A DNA stretch of 64,000 nt from an uncultured Ruminococcus sp. (GTDB lineage Bacteria; Bacillota; Clostridia; Oscillospirales; Ruminococcaceae), in NCBI GenBank assembly GCA_946537515.1, contig CAMNFV010000001.1:6812-70811 (forward strand), given 5' to 3'. The notes under the pieces are model-generated. The model ran no database searches and was not told the origin of the DNA. It saw only the letters and a program-made list of their open reading frames with translations. Below, piece after piece: positions 61,717 to 64,000 of the stretch (its first letter is position 1; the number at the start of each line of letters is the position of its first letter). The position numbers were made by a program, and so were the translations under genes.

Positions 61717-62853
61717 ATGCGATTTCTGCACCTGGCAGACCTGCATCTCGGCAAAATCCTGCATAAGCAAAATCTGCTTGAAGATCAGAAATTTATCTTA
61801 GAGCAAATCCTGCAAATCGCTGCGGAGCAACAGATAGGCGCCGTGCTGATCGCCGGTGATGTCTATCAGCGAAATGCGCCCTCTGCGGAAGCAATGTCCG
61901 TATTCAGCGGATTTGTCACGGCACTTGCAGCGCGGCATCTTCCCTGTTATATCATCAGCGGCAATCATGATTCCGCGGAGCGCGTCGCATATCTCGCGCC
62001 GCTTGCACAGCTTTCCGGCATCTTCATTTCAGGCGCGGATACGGCTAAAATCTATACATATGAGATACAGGATGCATACGGAGAGATCCGGCTGCATCTG
62101 ATGCCGTTTACAACACCGATGCAGGTACGTGCAGCTTATCCGGAACAGGCTGAGAAAATAGAGAATTACAATGATGCAATCCGTGTTGTATTACAGCATC
62201 ATCCGGTCGATCCGGCAAAACGCAATATCCTTATCGCGCATCAGTTTCTGACCGGCGCACAGGTCTGTGATTCGGAAGAGCTTGCGATCGGCGGGCTTGA
62301 TAATGTATCTGCGGCGCTGTTTGACGACTTTGATTATGTTGCGCTCGGTCATCTGCACGGGCCGCAGCAGGTCACCAGGCCGGAGATCCGCTATGCCGGC
62401 TCACCGCTGAAATATTCATTCTCTGAAGCAAATCAACACAAATCGGTGACAATCATTGAGATCCGCGAGAAAGGGAATGTTCAGATCGAAACGGTTCCGC
62501 TCAAGCCGCTGCATGAAATGCGGATTCTCTCCGGAAGCTTCCGGGAACTCATGGAAATGCCGCCTTCAGAGGACTATGTGCAGCTGACCGTCACAGACGC
62601 AGCACCCCCGGCGAATGCTGCCCGTGCGCTGCATACGGTTTTTCCGAATTGCCTGCAAACACTTTTCAGCAATGAGGATTCCGGGGAAGCATTCTTCGGA
62701 AACAGCGAAACGCTCCCGGAGAAATCTGATTTTCTGACGCTGCTGACAGAGTTTTACGCGGCACAGCATGACGGTGCGGCGCTCACAGATATGCAGAATC
62801 AGATCGTCAGAGAAATTCTTGAAGCGCTCGATCAGAAAGCAGGTGCACAATGA
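61717..62853 (+). CDS. sbcD: Exonuclease SbcCD, nuclease subunit D
   Basis: 378 aa. MRFLHLADLHLGK, IAGDVYQ, ISGNHDS, ALGHLH. Confidence 0.9.
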   Translation: MRFLHLADLHLGKILHKQNLLEDQKFILEQILQIAAEQQIGAVLIAGDVYQRNAPSAEAMSVFSGFVTALAARHLPCYIISGNHDSAERVAYLAPLAQLSGIFISGADTAKIYTYEIQDAYGEIRLHLMPFTTPMQVRAAYPEQAEKIENYNDAIRVVLQHHPVDPAKRNILIAHQFLTGAQVCDSEELAIGGLDNVSAALFDDFDYVALGHLHGPQQVTRPEIRYAGSPLKYSFSEANQHKSVTIIEIREKGNVQIETVPLKPLHEMRILSGSFRELMEMPPSEDYVQLTVTDAAPPANAARALHTVFPNCLQTLFSNEDSGEAFFGNSETLPEKSDFLTLLTEFYAAQHDGAALTDMQNQIVREILEALDQKAGAQ

Positions 62854-64000
62854 AGCCGAAAATTCTGACGTTTCAGGCGTTCGGCCCCTACGCGCAGAAA
62901 ATCACCGTCGATTTCACAAAACTGGAACGGGATGGGCTCTTTCTGGTCTGCGGCCCGACCGGTGCCGGAAAAACGACGATCTTTGATGCGATCGCCTATG
63001 CATTATTCGGCGAAGCAAGCGGCGGCCCGGAACGGCGCAGCGCTGACAGCTTCCGCTCGGACTATGCCGCAGCCGATACCGAGACATTCGCAGAGTTGGA
63101 ATTTGAACATCGCGGCGAATGCTACCGTGTACGGCGCTCCCCGGAATATCTCTGTGCCAAAAAAGTCGGCGAGGGCATGAAGGTCAGCAAGCGCACCGCT
63201 GCCCTGCATCTGCCGGACGGTAAGGTGCTCGAAAATATCAAAGAAGTCAACGCGAAAATCCAGGAGCTCATCGGACTGACACGCGCACAGTTCGCGCAGA
63301 CTGTCATGATCGCACAGGGCGACTTCCGGAAGATCCTGACCGCATCCTCGGCCGACCGGAAGGCAATCTTTCAGAAGCTGTTTGATACGGTTCGGTATGC
63401 GGATTTTCAGGATATGCTCGGAAATCTGGAATCCGGAGCGAAATCAAAGATCGCATCGCTGGAACAGGAAATCCTGCTGACAGTCCGTGACCTGATCCTT
63501 CCGGAAGGAACGGACGATCCGGAATTGCTCATCAAATTGCAGTCAGAACCTTCCTATGCGGAAAAGGCCATTGCACCGCTCAAAAAGCTCTGCAAGGAAC
63601 AGCGCATTCAGCTGGAAACGCTCCGTGCAGATACGGAACGCTGTACCGATACACTTGCAAAAGTGACCAAGGAAGCCGATACAGCGAGAATGCAGAATAA
63701 ACTGCTCGCTGATCTCCATGCGGCCGAACAGCAGGCAGAACAGCTCGATGCACAGGCCGGTGAAATGGAACTGTATGAGGAACAGCTCAATCTGTCGCGT
63801 CATGCTGCTGCGCTGCTTCGGGATTATCATGCGGTGGAAAATGCAGACCGGCAGCTGGATACCGCACGGCAGGTACTCAAATCACATCTCGAATCGCTGC
63901 CCGCACTCGAAACTGCAAAAGATGAGAGTCTCGCTGCCCTGAAAGCCGCTGAAGAATCCGCATCGAACATTCCGGAACTGGAAGCACAGCGAAATCAGGC
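62850..64000 (+). CDS. sbcC: Exonuclease SbcCD, ATPase subunit C (N-terminal part; runs off the window)
   Basis: Not in the ORF track (no stop in the window). ATG 62850 overlaps the sbcD stop (ATGA). My translation: MKPKILTFQAFGPYAQKITVDF...LVCGPTGAGKTTIFDAIAYALFG...MIAQGDFRKIL, then coiled-coil sequence. Open to 64000. Confidence 0.85.
   Translation, partial: MKPKILTFQAFGPYAQKITVDFTKLERDGLFLVCGPTGAGKTTIFDAIAYALFGEASGGPERRSADSFRSDYAAADTETFAELEFEHRGECYRVRRSPEYLCAKKVGEGMKVSKRTAALHLPDGKVLENIKEVNAKIQELIGLTRAQFAQTVMIAQGDFRKILTASSADRKAIFQKLFDTVRYADFQDMLGNLESGAKSKIASLEQEILLTVRDLILPEGTDDPELLIKLQSEPSYAEKAIAPLKKLCKEQRIQLETLRADTERCTDTLAKVTKEADTARMQNKLLADLHAAEQQAEQLDAQAGEMELYEEQLNLSRHAAALLRDYHAVENADRQLDTARQVLKSHLESLPALETAKDESLAALKAAEESASNIPELEAQRNQ

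Overview
The window is about 64 kb and resembles a cellulosome-producing Ruminococcus-like Firmicute. Taxon is inferred from dockerin and cohesin modules and from GC content (spot counts of roughly 50-65% in most 60-nt lines), not from any search. I support about 57 protein genes, 2 tRNAs, one T-box leader, many SigA-consensus promoters and many intrinsic terminators.

**Main content**
- Dockerin-bearing plant-cell-wall enzymes: a partial CE2 esterase, a PL11 rhamnogalacturonan lyase, a GH9 endoglucanase and a GH10 xylanase.
- A cohesin-like lipoprotein translationally coupled to MoxR and DUF58.
- Two ECF sigma / anti-sigma pairs and two two-component systems.
- Housekeeping genes: thiI, cysteine desulfurase, prfC, nth, ybaK, pepD, sbcCD and a SufC/SufBD pair.
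- A low-GC cassette of about 4.8 kb: sugar transferase, NeuD-type acyltransferase, 3-hydroxyacyl-CoA dehydrogenase and thiolase.

**ORFs missing from the supplied track**
- Two ORFs that run off the window edges: CE2 at 1-1345(-) and sbcC at 62850-64000(+).
- One 56-codon Cys-rich ORF at 37815-37985(-).

**Most interesting observation**
A canonical T-box attenuator, with probable specifier AUC (Ile), sits in front of an XRE-HTH + cupin + acyl-CoA-synthetase fusion gene.

**Other points worth a second look**
- An exported flavodoxin / DUF4405 operon with a duplicated palindromic operator and a deletion scar.
- Two long GC-rich structured leaders flanking a long-N-terminus sortase B.
- An AsnB homologue lacking its glutaminase nucleophile.
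- A disrupted MATE gene.
- An orphan dockerin fragment.

I saw no rRNA, CRISPR array, integrase or transposase.

All family calls rest on my reading of motifs in the translations. No database search was run.
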